Shown: positions 10,185 through 20,647 of the stretch, piece after piece | Numbering within the stretch: position 1 is the stretch's first letter | Layout of the letters: every line of letters starts with the position of its first letter | Assembly: GCA_964291265.2 (NCBI GenBank) | Contig: OZ219747.1 | Coordinates: 1,984,001-2,048,000 of the forward strand | Source of the DNA: Alphaproteobacteria bacterium | GTDB lineage: Bacteria; Pseudomonadota; Alphaproteobacteria; SP197 | Length of the DNA stretch: 64,000 nt | Direction of reading: 5' to 3' | Translations under genes and position numbers: made by a program | The notes under the pieces: generated by a model | Told to the model about the DNA's origin: nothing | Databases searched by the model: none | What the model saw: only the letters and a program-made list of their open reading frames with translations

Positions 10185-10826
10185 ATGGACATCGACCGCC
10201 TGTTCGCCTCCCTGGCGCGGGAAGTTCCCGAACCGCAGACCGAACTCGACTACAGCAGCCACTTCACGTTGCTGATCTCGGTTGTTCTCTCGGCGCAGGC
10301 AACGGACAAGAGCGTCAACGCGGCGACGCCGGCGCTCTTCGCTGTCGCCGATACGCCGGAGAAGATGGTCGCCCTTGGCGAGAAAGGCGTCCGCGACAAG
10401 ATCAGGACGATCGGGCTCTTCAACTCCAAGGCGAAGAATGTCGTCAGACTGTCACGGATGCTGATCGACAAGCACGATTCCAGGGTCCCGGCGAGCCGGG
10501 AGGCCCTGCAGACGCTTCCGGGAGTTGGCCGCAAGACCGCGAGCGTCGTGATGAACGAGGCGTTCGGCGTCCCGACCATTGCCGTCGATACCCACGTCTT
10601 CAGGGTGGCCAACCGGACCGGCCTGGCGCGGGGCAAGACGGCCGAAGCCGTCGAACGGGCCCTCGAACGCGATGTGCCCGAGAAGTGGAAGAAGGGCGCC
10701 CATCACTGGCTCATTCTCCACGGGCGCTACACCTGCACGGCCCGCCGCCCGAAATGCTGGCAGTGTGTCATTGCCAGCACCTGCCCATTCGAACCCAAGA
10801 CTCCCTGCGAGGAGAAGAACCCGTGA
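10185..10826 (+). CDS. nth: Endonuclease III
   Basis: LSAQATD, HhH LPGVGRKTA, AVDTHVFRV, C-x6-C-x2-C-x5-C 4Fe-4S motif. Confidence 0.95.
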   Translation: MDIDRLFASLAREVPEPQTELDYSSHFTLLISVVLSAQATDKSVNAATPALFAVADTPEKMVALGEKGVRDKIRTIGLFNSKAKNVVRLSRMLIDKHDSRVPASREALQTLPGVGRKTASVVMNEAFGVPTIAVDTHVFRVANRTGLARGKTAEAVERALERDVPEKWKKGAHHWLILHGRYTCTARRPKCWQCVIASTCPFEPKTPCEEKNP

Positions 10827-10896
10827 CGGTCCGTGACTCCTTCGCATCAAGGCGCCGGAGGCCGATGGCCGTCGGTGATGGCCCGGGAGCGTCACC

Positions 10897-11937
10897 TTGA
10901 AGACACCGGACGGTGCGATCGCCGTGACCTTTGCCGGAACGGTGGGCGAGTACTTCGGAATCTGGATCGTCAACCTGATGCTGTCGATCGCCACGCTGGG
11001 TATCTGGTCCGCCTGGGCCAAGGTGCGGAACAGGGCTTATCTTCTCGGCAACACGAGCATTGACGGGCGGCCGTTCGGTTACCATGCCAGGGGGGTCCAG
11101 ATTCTCCTCGGGCGTCTTGTCGTGCTGAGCGTCCTCGCCGGCGCCTGGGTCGTTTCTCTGGTCTCGCCCGTCGTCGGTGGCGTGGTCGGGTTGCTGTTCC
11201 TCCTTGTCATGCCCTGGCTGATCAACCGTGGCCTCAGGTTCAACGCTGCCATGACAAGCTGGTCCACGATCCGCTTCGATTTCCGGGGATCCTACTGGCC
11301 GAGCCTGCTCGTCTTCCTGGTCTATCCGTTTCTCTCGCTCCTCAGCTTGGGTCTCTTCCTGCCCCATGCCACGCGGGCAAGAATGCGTTACACGATAGCA
11401 CGCCACAGGCTCGGTGCCTCGAGGTTCGCGTTCTCGAGCGGCATCCGGCCCTTCTGGGTGGCCTTGCTCCTGACAGGAGCCGGCGGCGGAATTCTCGCCC
11501 TCATCGCCATCGGCGTGGCGTGGAGCGTGATCTTTGCCGGTCGGACGGAACCTCCGTCGGCTCATATGGTGGCGATGGTCAACGTTCTCGTTGTCGGGCT
11601 CCTGGCCCTGATTCCCGTTTCGCTCGTCTATGCCGCGTTCCTGCGCAATGCCATCTATGCCGGAACGACGCTGGAGAACGGTCACAGTTTTCATTCCGCC
11701 ATCTCGCCGGCACGCTACGTGTGGATCGCCGTCAGCAACGCCGTCGCGGTCGTGTGCTCCGTCGGCATGCTGCTTCCCTGGGCCCGCATCCGAATGCTGC
11801 GTTACCTGTGCTCCCGGACCTGGCTCATTCCCTGCGGTTCGCTGGATGACATCATCGGCGAGGCCCGCGCCCGGGAAACGGCCGTGGGCGATGCGTGGAT
11901 GGACCTGGACGGCATCGATGTCGCCGCCGCCGTCTGA
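10897..11937 (+). CDS. YjgN/DUF898 family inner membrane protein
   Basis: EYFGIWIVNLMLSIATLGIWSAWAKVR, NRGLRFNA, LPWARIR; multiple hydrophobic segments. Confidence 0.88.
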   Translation: MKTPDGAIAVTFAGTVGEYFGIWIVNLMLSIATLGIWSAWAKVRNRAYLLGNTSIDGRPFGYHARGVQILLGRLVVLSVLAGAWVVSLVSPVVGGVVGLLFLLVMPWLINRGLRFNAAMTSWSTIRFDFRGSYWPSLLVFLVYPFLSLLSLGLFLPHATRARMRYTIARHRLGASRFAFSSGIRPFWVALLLTGAGGGILALIAIGVAWSVIFAGRTEPPSAHMVAMVNVLVVGLLALIPVSLVYAAFLRNAIYAGTTLENGHSFHSAISPARYVWIAVSNAVAVVCSVGMLLPWARIRMLRYLCSRTWLIPCGSLDDIIGEARARETAVGDAWMDLDGIDVAAAV

Positions 11938-12976
11938 TCATCTGTCTGCCAGGGGGAATGCCTGGGTACCCGGAAGGTCGCAACGGCTGGCGGCATGCAT
12001 GGTGATGTCGCCGCAGGGAGGTTGCGTCAACCTCGTTGCGGTCGACGACGGACGGGTGCTGGCGCGGGCGCCGCTCCCCTCGCTGCGCCGCGAAACGCGG
12101 GTGGGCAGCCTTCCTTCATGTCTCGCCTTTCCCTCGGGCTGGGAGTTCCACAGCGATGACCATGACGCCATCGACAGGCTTGTCGGTGCGGACCGGCGAA
12201 ATCTGCTCCATCGGTGTGAAGCGCTGCATTCCCGACTCGTTCTGGCGATGATCCCCATCGTCGCCGGTGGCGCGCTGATCTGGCGCTGGGGACTCGATCT
12301 GCTCGTTGCCCTGGCTGTGGCCCTCACTCCCGCGGGCCTGCCGCAAACCATCGATGATGGTCACGTCGCGTTCATCGACCAGGTGATGGCTGTTCCCTCC
12401 GCTCTGGACGAAGGATTGCAGGAGAGGGTCCGGCGGGTTTTCCAGGACATCGTTTCCGTCGCTCCAGAGCCGCCCTACGGTCCCTACACACTCCTCTTTC
12501 GCGACATCACGGGAGTGGGTCCCAATGCCCTTGCCCTGCCGGGAGGGACAATCATCGTCACCGATGTGCTTGTCCGGACCTTTCCCGACCCCGACGTGAT
12601 AGCCGGAGTCCTGGGCCACGAGATCGCTCATGTCACCGAACAGCATGGATTGAAACGGGTCTACCGCAGCATGGGAACCTTCTTGCTGGTGGCACTCGTC
12701 GCCGGCGACATCGGCCCGGTTGTCGAGGACATGCTGCTGGAAGGCGCCCTGTTGCTTTCGCTCGCCCGTTCCCGGGACCAGGAACTGGAAGCGGACCGCA
12801 TTGGCATCGGCCTTGCCTTCGATGCCGGATACGACCCCGAGGCCTTGGTCCATCTCTTCGAGCATCTGTCCCACGCGAGTGATGTTCCGTCCTGGCTGTC
12901 GACACACCCGACACGGGACGAGCGGATTCCGGTCATTCGCCGTACGGCCGATCATCTCGGCAAGACCGCTCGGTGA
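11918..12976 (+). CDS. M48 family metallopeptidase
   Basis: PNALALPGG, HEIAH zinc motif, ELEAD, WLSTHP; usual partner of YjgN; start approximate. Confidence 0.88.
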   Translation: MSPPPSDHLSARGNAWVPGRSQRLAACMVMSPQGGCVNLVAVDDGRVLARAPLPSLRRETRVGSLPSCLAFPSGWEFHSDDHDAIDRLVGADRRNLLHRCEALHSRLVLAMIPIVAGGALIWRWGLDLLVALAVALTPAGLPQTIDDGHVAFIDQVMAVPSALDEGLQERVRRVFQDIVSVAPEPPYGPYTLLFRDITGVGPNALALPGGTIIVTDVLVRTFPDPDVIAGVLGHEIAHVTEQHGLKRVYRSMGTFLLVALVAGDIGPVVEDMLLEGALLLSLARSRDQELEADRIGIGLAFDAGYDPEALVHLFEHLSHASDVPSWLSTHPTRDERIPVIRRTADHLGKTAR

Positions 12977-13078
12977 CGCTGTGAGCAGGATCCGGTTCCC
13001 GGACGCGCGACCGGGACATCTTCGAGGATGGACTGGATGCGGTCCGGAACACGACCAGGCACAGCCTGGCGCCGGCTG

Positions 13079-14215
13079 TCATGCGGTCCCGTTCATCGCT
13101 GGCAGCAGGCGTCGTCCGACATAGCGGGCGAGATCGAGAACCGGTCCTTCCAGCCAGGGTGGTGCGAGTGGGCCGCTTTCGTGGTGAGCGCTGCGGTAGC
13201 CCTGCATCATCGGCTCCAGCACGGAGCGGTCCTCGGCCATGGTCTCGTGGAACAGCTCGACGGCACGATCGACCGCGCTCTGCGGCCATGCGTCTCCCCA
13301 GAAGAGAATGCCCGCCTTGTAGCGCACCCTGTCGCTGCCCTCGGGCTGCAGGCACAGGAAGGAGCTGTAGTCTGCGGCAAGTCCGATGCCGCTGCCCGGC
13401 TGCACCATCGCCATGATGCAGGTGTCGGACTGCTTCTTCGTCAGATCGGGATGACCCGAGGTCACGCGCGGCAGATCCTCGGGAAAACCGACCTCGTAGC
13501 CGAACCAGTGCTCGCCCGCGGGGATGTGCCTGGCGAGACTTGTGGGATTGAGGTTGCTGAGTGTGTTCCTGTGGAGCGGTGTGAGGTGGTAGCTCTCCAT
13601 GTAGTTTTCCACCATGGCCTTCCAGTTGGTCTCCCAGACCTCCTCGCCGAGCCAGCCCAGCCACATCTCCTCCATGTGGTAGGGTGCGAACAGGGCCTCA
13701 AGGTCGGCAAGCTGCGGTGCAAGCGGCCCGGCGGCGGGATCAAGGTTGACGTAGACGAAGCCCATCCAGACCTCGCAGGGGAACTCCGGAAGGCGGCAAT
13801 CGGCGATGCGGAAGTCGTCGCGTTCCGGGATCCCCGGCGCAGCGGCCAGCCGGCCGTCGAGCTCGTAGGACCAATGGTGGTAGGGGCACAGCAGCCGGCG
13901 GCCCCGGCCCTTTTCGCGGACGATCAGAGTGCCGCGGTGGCGGCAGACGTTCGACAGCGCCCGGATCGCCCCGTCGCGACCGTGGACGACAACGAGGGAC
14001 TCGTTCGCCAGGCGATAGGGCATGACCTGGCCCGGCTCGGCGACCTCCTCAACGCGGCCGACGCAGTGCCATTCCTTCTTGAACAGATGCTCGACCTCGA
14101 ATGCCGCAAGGTCCGGGTCGGTGTAGAACGCCGCCGGCATGGCCCGGGCCTCGTGGTGGCTGCTCGCCAGTGCGCGCCGGAGCGCCGCGCGCACCGTCGC
14201 CAGTCCGTCCGACAT
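13079..14215 (-). CDS. Rieske non-heme iron oxygenase alpha subunit (quaternary-amine oxygenase-like)
   Basis: CRH...CPYHHW Rieske motif; NWKAMVENYMESYH....H and ED mononuclear iron ligands. Confidence 0.9.
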   Translation of the reverse strand: MSDGLATVRAALRRALASSHHEARAMPAAFYTDPDLAAFEVEHLFKKEWHCVGRVEEVAEPGQVMPYRLANESLVVVHGRDGAIRALSNVCRHRGTLIVREKGRGRRLLCPYHHWSYELDGRLAAAPGIPERDDFRIADCRLPEFPCEVWMGFVYVNLDPAAGPLAPQLADLEALFAPYHMEEMWLGWLGEEVWETNWKAMVENYMESYHLTPLHRNTLSNLNPTSLARHIPAGEHWFGYEVGFPEDLPRVTSGHPDLTKKQSDTCIMAMVQPGSGIGLAADYSSFLCLQPEGSDRVRYKAGILFWGDAWPQSAVDRAVELFHETMAEDRSVLEPMMQGYRSAHHESGPLAPPWLEGPVLDLARYVGRRLLPAMNGTA

Positions 14216-14434
14216 GACGGTGTCTCCCAAGGGTTCCCGGAGCTTGGCGTCCGCGCTTGCGTCCCGTCAAGACGGCTTGCCTGCCGCCACCGGATTGCGC
14301 ATTCGCGCGGTGCTGGCTCCGGACACCGCCTGACGCTCCTGACCGTTGATCCTGTCTGACGGCGAGAGGTCTGTTTCCGGCGCCATGCGGCAGTTCCGGG
14401 ATTGAGGACTTAACACCCGGTTCGGAACGCGAGC

Positions 14435-14482
14435 CTATCGATGAGGGGGGAACTCCGACATGTGCGCCATGGTCATCGGCAT
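14435..14482 (-). promoter_or_regulatory. Candidate Met-rich leader peptide MPMTMAHMSEFPPHR upstream of the Rieske gene
   Basis: 15-codon ORF with 4 Met in the first 8 codons, followed by a stem-loop at 14393-14428. Confidence 0.3.
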
Positions 14483-14589
14483 GGGGCCGACGTGGCGCGT
14501 TGGAGCAATCCGGCCCCGGAGCAATGTTCTCGGTGGCCGACGCCGGGGTGCCTGCACTACCATCGGGCCACGTTCGAGGAGAGAGTGCC

Positions 14590-15543
14590 ATGAGCCATGA
14601 CCTGACCGCACCGCCCGGCATGCCGCCGGCGACCTTTCTGGACTTTCCGCTGGCGCTCGATCTCGACGGGCTCGAGGCGGACATCGCCATTCTTGGCATC
14701 CCCTACGGCATGCCCTACGGGCCCGACGAAATGGCGAATGACCAGAGTCGCGCCCCCGACGCGATACGCCAGTCCTCCCACATGAGCGACTACACGCGCC
14801 ATCATTTCGACTGGGACCTCGGTGGACCCCTGCTCGACGACCGGCCCGTCCGCGTGGTCGATTGCGGCAACGTGACCGCAGACATGGGTGATCATGCCGA
14901 GCACTATCGGCGTGCCGAAGCCGCCGCCCGCAGGATTCTCGCCTCGGGAGCGGTGCTGGTGACGCTGGGTGGCGATCACGGCATTCCGATTCCGGTCATG
15001 CGGGCCCTGGAACGGGAAGACGAGGTCACGCTGGTTCACGTCGATGCCCATCTCGACTGGCGTGACAACGTCAACGGGGAGCCGGAAGGCTACTCCAGCC
15101 CTATCCGGCGCGCGTCCGAGATGGCGTGGTTCGGCCACATCACGCAGATCGGCATCCGCGGGATCGGCAGCGCACGGCGCGGTGAAGTCGAAGCGGCCCG
15201 GGCTTACGGCGCCGATATCGTGACCGCCTACGAGATGCACGACATCGGCATGGATGCCGTGCTTGACCGCATCCCGGACGGCGGGCCCTACTACCTGACG
15301 GTGGATGCCGACGGACTCGATCCCACCATCATGCCGGCCGTGATGGCCCAGACGCCCGGCGGCCTCGACTGGATGCAGACCCGCAAGCTGATTCACGGCC
15401 TCGTGGGCAAGGGACGCGTGCTGGGCATGGACCTGGTGGAGATTGCGCCCGGGCGCGATGTCGGCAACATCACCATGACCCACGCCGAACGGCTGATCTG
15501 CAACTTCATCGGCGCCACCGTTCGCGCCGGCTACTACGGGTAG
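14590..15543 (+). CDS. Ureohydrolase (agmatinase/arginase family)
   Basis: GGDHG, DAHLD, DADGLDP, PGG, DLVE metal-binding motifs; GAGGAG RBS. Confidence 0.9.
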   Translation: MSHDLTAPPGMPPATFLDFPLALDLDGLEADIAILGIPYGMPYGPDEMANDQSRAPDAIRQSSHMSDYTRHHFDWDLGGPLLDDRPVRVVDCGNVTADMGDHAEHYRRAEAAARRILASGAVLVTLGGDHGIPIPVMRALEREDEVTLVHVDAHLDWRDNVNGEPEGYSSPIRRASEMAWFGHITQIGIRGIGSARRGEVEAARAYGADIVTAYEMHDIGMDAVLDRIPDGGPYYLTVDADGLDPTIMPAVMAQTPGGLDWMQTRKLIHGLVGKGRVLGMDLVEIAPGRDVGNITMTHAERLICNFIGATVRAGYYG

Positions 15544-15579
15544 CAATGGCCTTCGGCACCCTGTCTGGCGCATTCGTGT

Positions 15580-15700
15580 CATGACAACGAGTTATTGATG
15601 TCGATGGCGATGGCCCGCTCCAGGCGTCCGGCGGCGCACAACGGCAGGTGCTCCACCCGGCGGCCGGATTTCAGGACTCGAAAGATGACGTCGGCGACCT
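15580..15700 (-). pseudogene. IS4-family (IS50/Tn5-like) transposase C-terminal relic
   Basis: Reads VIFRVLKSGRRVEHLPLCAAGRLERAIAI, resembling the F(R/K)VLKSGC.IE...ERL.RAIAI segment of IS4 transposases; no intact ORF. Confidence 0.6.
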
Positions 15701-16192
15701 GCGAAGCCGTCGTGAGTGAAGCGCAAGCGTTCGGTCACGCGGGTGATGGCGGATTCTGGTTGGTTCCGGTCTTTGCGAGGATCTGCCAACAGGAGGCCCG
15801 TCACTTCGTCCGCTCTCGTTCCTGATCGAGGCCATGGCGTCTCTCGACGAGACGTGCAAAGCGGCACAGCAGCTGACGGGAGGTGGCGGCGGCCTTGTTA
15901 TGCGAGGCGCCTGACTGGCGGACGTTCCATGAGGCTCAAGCGGATCCTGTGCGGAAGGCTCTGTCGCACAAGGCGCGGGTAGCGTGGCCTGAAGCCCTTC
16001 CTGCGGAAGCCGACGTGGAGTCGTCGCGAGGGGCGACAAGGCCGCCAGGATACGCACAAGCAGGGCGGCAAGCCGAATAAGGACATCTGGCCGAGGCCAC
16101 TGGGCAAGGACCGGAAACGCACCCTCAACCGGTGACTGTTCGTCCAAGCACCTCGCAACTGAACGCTTGCACCAGAATCCTGTGTCCGGGGA

Positions 16193-16222
16193 TTGACAAA
16201 CCGGTTGCAAGTGTTCGTAAAT
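16193..16222 (+). promoter_or_regulatory. Putative sigma70 promoter with overlapping palindrome for the ABC operon
   Basis: TTGACA at 16193, GTAAAT ~18 nt downstream, AACCGGTT palindrome in the spacer. Confidence 0.4.
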
Positions 16223-16255
16223 GACCCGTCATTCACAAGACAAGGGAGTAACATT

Positions 16256-17227
16256 GTGAATCGGAAGATAAAGGGGGGAATAGGCGGGATCGTGTCGGCG
16301 GCTCTCCTGGCGATTGCCGGGACAGCGGGTGCCGACAGCAACGAGCCGATCAGAATTCCCATCAAGAACTGGTCGAGCCAGATCGTCATGGCCCACGTCA
16401 TCGGCGGCATCTTCGAGAGCATCGGTGCAACCGTTGAGTACGTGCCAGTCGACAACCAGGCGAGCTTCGAGGCCGTGCGTGTCGGCGACATCCACATCTT
16501 GCACGAGGTGTGGCAGTCGACCATGCAGAACGCCTATTACAGTGCCATGGAAAAGGGCGGCCTGATCGATGCCGGCACCCATGACGCCGAGACACTCGAG
16601 GAAATGGGCGTGCCGAACTGGGTGGTCGATCAGGGTCTGTGCCCCGGCCTGCCGTCCTGGGAGGCGCTCAAGGACTGTTATGCCAATTTTGCAACCCCGG
16701 ATTCCGCCGGCAAGGGCCGCTGGCTTGAGGGTCCCCAGAGCTGGCATGGCGACATCATGCCCAACCGCCTCAAGGGACTGGGACTCGACGATACCTGGGT
16801 CGTCAAGTTTGCCGGCGCTGCCGACGCCCTTTGGGCCGAACTCGAGGCGGCCAAGAAAGAAGGACGCGGCACGGTCATCTTCAACTGGACACCGAACTTC
16901 ACGGATGCGGAAGGGTTCACCTTTATCGAGTTTCCGCCTTACTATGACGGTTGCCGTATCGTTGATGGTGGCGACGTCAGTACCACGGGTTGTGGCTCGC
17001 CGAAGGGCTGGCTGAAGAAGGGGGCACACTACAAGCTCCCGAAGACGCATCCCCAAGCCTACACGGTGTTCTCGAAACTCACGTTCACCACACCTCAGAT
17101 CGGCTCCATGGCGGCTCTGGTCGATCTTGACAAGATGACCCATGAGGATGCCGCGGCCAGGTGGCTGGCTGACAACGAGGAGGTCTGGAAGCCGTGGACG
17201 GAATCGGTTCTCGGCGAAAGCAACTGA
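16256..17227 (+). CDS. Glycine betaine/TMAO-type (TmoX-like) ABC substrate-binding protein
   Basis: Signal peptide, NWSSQIVM, HEVW, CPGLPSWEAL, FNWTPNF; GGGAG RBS before GTG. Confidence 0.88.
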   Translation: MNRKIKGGIGGIVSAALLAIAGTAGADSNEPIRIPIKNWSSQIVMAHVIGGIFESIGATVEYVPVDNQASFEAVRVGDIHILHEVWQSTMQNAYYSAMEKGGLIDAGTHDAETLEEMGVPNWVVDQGLCPGLPSWEALKDCYANFATPDSAGKGRWLEGPQSWHGDIMPNRLKGLGLDDTWVVKFAGAADALWAELEAAKKEGRGTVIFNWTPNFTDAEGFTFIEFPPYYDGCRIVDGGDVSTTGCGSPKGWLKKGAHYKLPKTHPQAYTVFSKLTFTTPQIGSMAALVDLDKMTHEDAAARWLADNEEVWKPWTESVLGESN

Positions 17228-17272
17228 GCGCGGCTCACCGGCAAGACAATCCTGCCCTGCCGGACACTTCCG

Positions 17273-17300
17273 TTGGGCCCTCCGGTGACGGAGGGCCCAA
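17273..17300 (+). terminator. Intra-operon stem-loop after the SBP gene
   Basis: Perfect 11-bp stem TTGGGCCCTCC/GGAGGGCCCAA with 6-nt loop; no U-tract, so may be an mRNA stabiliser. Confidence 0.65.
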
Positions 17301-17381
17301 TTGCATCAGAGATTGACCCGGCCGCGACAACCGCCAAGAATCAGGAGTTGCGTCCCGCGAGTCGGGAACGGGGGAGAGTTC

Positions 17382-18440
17382 ATGCCTTCTCGAAGACGGC
17401 CGGCCGGAGAGGGGGAGACGGTCATCGAGTGCCGGTCCGTCTACAAGATCTTCGGGCGTCATGCAAGGAGCCTGCTCGACGGCGCCAACGGGTTCATTGA
17501 CGCCGATGCAGCAAGGACTGCCGGTTGCATTGTCGGGGTCAACAACGCCTCCCTCGAGGTTCACGCCGGCGAACTCCTGGTTATCATGGGTCTGTCCGGT
17601 TCGGGCAAATCGACCCTGCTTCGTTGCATCTCCAGGCTGACTGAGGCGACCGCAGGCAGGATCTTCATCGAAGGGCAGGACCTCTTGGCCATGAACGGCC
17701 GGCAACTGCTGGACATGCGGCGCTCCAAGATGGGGATGGTGTTCCAGAACTTCGGCCTTCTACCCCACAAGACAGTGCTGGAGAACATTGCCTTCCCGCT
17801 CCAGATGAAGGGAGTAAAGACCCGGGACAGCATCTCGAGGGCGCGGGACATGGCGGAACTTGTCGGTCTCCAGGGTCGCGAAGACTACTTCCCCAGAGAA
17901 CTGTCTGGAGGGCAGCAGCAGCGGGTCGGAATCGCCCGCTCGCTGGCGGTCGAACCCGACATCTGGTTCCTTGACGAACCATTCTCGGCCCTTGACCCGC
18001 TCATCCGAAAGGAGATGCAAGACGAGTTCCTGAGACTCCAGGAGGTCCTCAACAAGACCATTCTCTTCGTCACCCATGATTTCGACGAGGCGCTTCGCCT
18101 GGCCGACCGTATCGCCATCATGAAGGAAGGCATCATCGAGCAGCTCGATACGCCGGCCAACATCATTCTTCAGCCGGCCACGGAATACGTCCGCAAGTTT
18201 ACCCAGGACGTGCCCCGGGAGAAGGTCCTGAAGATCGAGGCGGTCATGGATCCGGTTGACGAGGCGGAAGAACTCTCCGACCTCAGAGTCTCTAAGGATT
18301 CAATCATCGAGACGGTTGCCGAAGCGATCCTGAACCAGACGCGACCTGTCGGCGTGGTTGATGCCGACGCCAGGCTCATTGGCAGTCTCCACGCTTCCCA
18401 CGTGATCAATGTCCTCTTCGGCACCAGCCGGGGGACATGA
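17382..18440 (+). CDS. Betaine/proline-type ABC transporter ATP-binding protein
   Basis: GLSGSGKS, LSGGQQQRVG, FLDEPFSALDPLIR, VTHD. Confidence 0.95.
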   Translation: MPSRRRPAGEGETVIECRSVYKIFGRHARSLLDGANGFIDADAARTAGCIVGVNNASLEVHAGELLVIMGLSGSGKSTLLRCISRLTEATAGRIFIEGQDLLAMNGRQLLDMRRSKMGMVFQNFGLLPHKTVLENIAFPLQMKGVKTRDSISRARDMAELVGLQGREDYFPRELSGGQQQRVGIARSLAVEPDIWFLDEPFSALDPLIRKEMQDEFLRLQEVLNKTILFVTHDFDEALRLADRIAIMKEGIIEQLDTPANIILQPATEYVRKFTQDVPREKVLKIEAVMDPVDEAEELSDLRVSKDSIIETVAEAILNQTRPVGVVDADARLIGSLHASHVINVLFGTSRGT

Positions 18441-18450
18441 CCGGGCATCC

Positions 18451-20511
18451 ATGGCAGCACCACGGATACCCCGCAAGACCATCGGGTTCAGCGTCCTCTT
18501 CGCCGTTTTCCTGCTGCTGTGCGTGCTGGTCAATCCGTCGGACGCCAACTGGTTGTGGCGATTGCCGCCGCTGCTGAAGGACCTGCCGTTCATCATCAAC
18601 GACATGGTCCAGAACCTGCTCTTCGAATGGATGCCGATCGAGGTTTATGACCAGACGATCGATGACCATGAAACCAAACCCCTGTTCCGCGAGATGACGC
18701 GGGCGGTCTCAAGCATGATTCTTTTCATCATTGACGCTGTTCGCGAGGTCATGCTTGGCGGCGTCAAGACGTTCGTGGCCTTCACGGACTGGAACTTCAT
18801 CAACGAGAACCCATGGCTGCGCTGGCCTGCGCTGCCATGGACGGTGATCGCGGGCTGGGCCGTCGTTCTGGGCTACAGGCTCGAGGGAATCGGGCTGGCG
18901 GCCCTTGCTGCCTTCTCCACGGTTTACGTCTCCGTCTTCGGGCAGTGGGAGCCGTCGATGCAGACGCTCTCGTTCGTGCTGGTGGCGGCACCGGTGTCCG
19001 TGGCTCTTGGGCTGGGTCTCGGCATCTGGTCCTTCAGGAACAGAGCTGTCGAGGCGGCCCTCAATCCGCTTCTCAACGTGGCCCAGACGATGCCGCACTA
19101 CTCCTATCTTGTTCCTGTCATCGTCCTCTTCGGGGTCGGGGATCACGCGGCAGCCATCGCCACCATCATCTTTGCCACCCCGCCGATGGTGCGCCTCACG
19201 CTGCTCGGCCTGAAGAACGTGCCGGCGGATGTCGTCGAGGCTGGCATCATGAACGGGTGCGGCAGGTTCCAGCTGTTGTTCAGGGTTCTCGTGCCAACGG
19301 CCAAGCGCGATGTTCTCATCGGTGTCAACCAGGTGGTGATGCAGTGCCTGGCGATGACCGTGATCGCATCTTTCATCGGCGCCCAGGGTCTGGGATCGAA
19401 CCTGATGATTGCCTTGAATTCCCTCAAGGTCGGCACCGGCATCGAGATCGGTCTGTGCATCGTGCTGATCGCGGTGGTTCTCGACAGGATGTCGCTGGCA
19501 TGGGCCCACAAACAGACGGACTACTTTGCGGATCTTTCCTTTATCGAGCGCCACCGCCTGGTGATCATGCTGATAGCCATCCTGGTGACCGGGTGCCTGC
19601 TCGCTTGGGCGGGATCGTTCATTTTCGGGGAGGACCAAAACTACCTATACATCGTGCCGCACAACAAGGGCATCACGACAGCTCCCTTCTGGCAGGCTGC
19701 GGTCGACTGGATATGGGATACCTTCTTCTTCACCCTGAAGGGCTTCAACGAGTTCCTGATCACCCGGGTGCTCTTTCCGATGCGGGATCTCTATCTCGGC
19801 ATGCCGGTGGTCGCCACCTTCGTCCTGATGATGGGGATTGCATTCCTTCTCGATGGTGTGAAGTCAGCCCTCATCGTCGGCGGTTTCCTGCTCTTCATCG
19901 CCTTCTCCGAGTACTGGGACAGGGCTCTCATCACGGCCTACATGGCGTCCTTTGCCGTCATGGTGGCAGCCGTCTTCGGGCTCGTGGTGGGGACGTTGTG
20001 CGCACAGAACCGCCTGACGACGAGGGCGGCCCTCCTCGTCTGCGATTTCCTGCAGACATTCCCGTCCTTCATCTACCTCATTCCGGTGATCATGCTTTTC
20101 GGCATCACCGACACGTCGGTGATCATCGCCTCCGTGGTCTATGCCATGGTGCCGGCGACCCGCTATACGGTGGAAGGGTTGCGCAGCGTGCCTGAAGTGA
20201 TTCAACAAGCGGGTACGATGTCAGGTGTCTCGCGCATGCAGAGGCTGATTCAGATCGAGTTCCCGCTCGCCTTTCCACACATCATGCTGGGATTGAATCA
20301 GACGGTGATCTTCGGCCTCTTCATGGTGATCATCGGAGCCTTCATCGGCACCACCGATCTTGGCCAGCTCATCCTCGGGGCCATATCCGATCCCCGCGGA
20401 ACCGGCATCGGCCTCACGCTTGGCCTGTGTGTCGCCTTTATCGGCCTGGCCGTCGACCAGATCGTTCGCACCTGGGCCGAACGGCGCAAGAGAGAACTCG
20501 GTCTCGGCTGA
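18451..20511 (+). CDS. Betaine/proline-type ABC permease with two fused permease domains
   Basis: Two ProW-like units (QTMPHYSYLVP...GVNQ; QTFPSFIYLIP...GLNQ). Confidence 0.92.
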   Translation: MAAPRIPRKTIGFSVLFAVFLLLCVLVNPSDANWLWRLPPLLKDLPFIINDMVQNLLFEWMPIEVYDQTIDDHETKPLFREMTRAVSSMILFIIDAVREVMLGGVKTFVAFTDWNFINENPWLRWPALPWTVIAGWAVVLGYRLEGIGLAALAAFSTVYVSVFGQWEPSMQTLSFVLVAAPVSVALGLGLGIWSFRNRAVEAALNPLLNVAQTMPHYSYLVPVIVLFGVGDHAAAIATIIFATPPMVRLTLLGLKNVPADVVEAGIMNGCGRFQLLFRVLVPTAKRDVLIGVNQVVMQCLAMTVIASFIGAQGLGSNLMIALNSLKVGTGIEIGLCIVLIAVVLDRMSLAWAHKQTDYFADLSFIERHRLVIMLIAILVTGCLLAWAGSFIFGEDQNYLYIVPHNKGITTAPFWQAAVDWIWDTFFFTLKGFNEFLITRVLFPMRDLYLGMPVVATFVLMMGIAFLLDGVKSALIVGGFLLFIAFSEYWDRALITAYMASFAVMVAAVFGLVVGTLCAQNRLTTRAALLVCDFLQTFPSFIYLIPVIMLFGITDTSVIIASVVYAMVPATRYTVEGLRSVPEVIQQAGTMSGVSRMQRLIQIEFPLAFPHIMLGLNQTVIFGLFMVIIGAFIGTTDLGQLILGAISDPRGTGIGLTLGLCVAFIGLAVDQIVRTWAERRKRELGLG

Positions 20512-20647
20512 CTGTCTCTCAAGACTTCAGGGCACTCCGGTTCAGCCAACGGCCACCCGGCACACATGGCCCGGTTTTGGGGCTGCAATGGTGGCGGCTC
20601 CACCTGATACGGCTGTTTCCGAACTGCCGGCCCTCATGCCGGGTTCC

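Noticed and set aside
14230-14589. Guanidine riboswitch, 6S RNA or SRP RNA in this intergenic region
   Set aside because: I could not match their conserved motifs by eye; an Rfam scan would be needed
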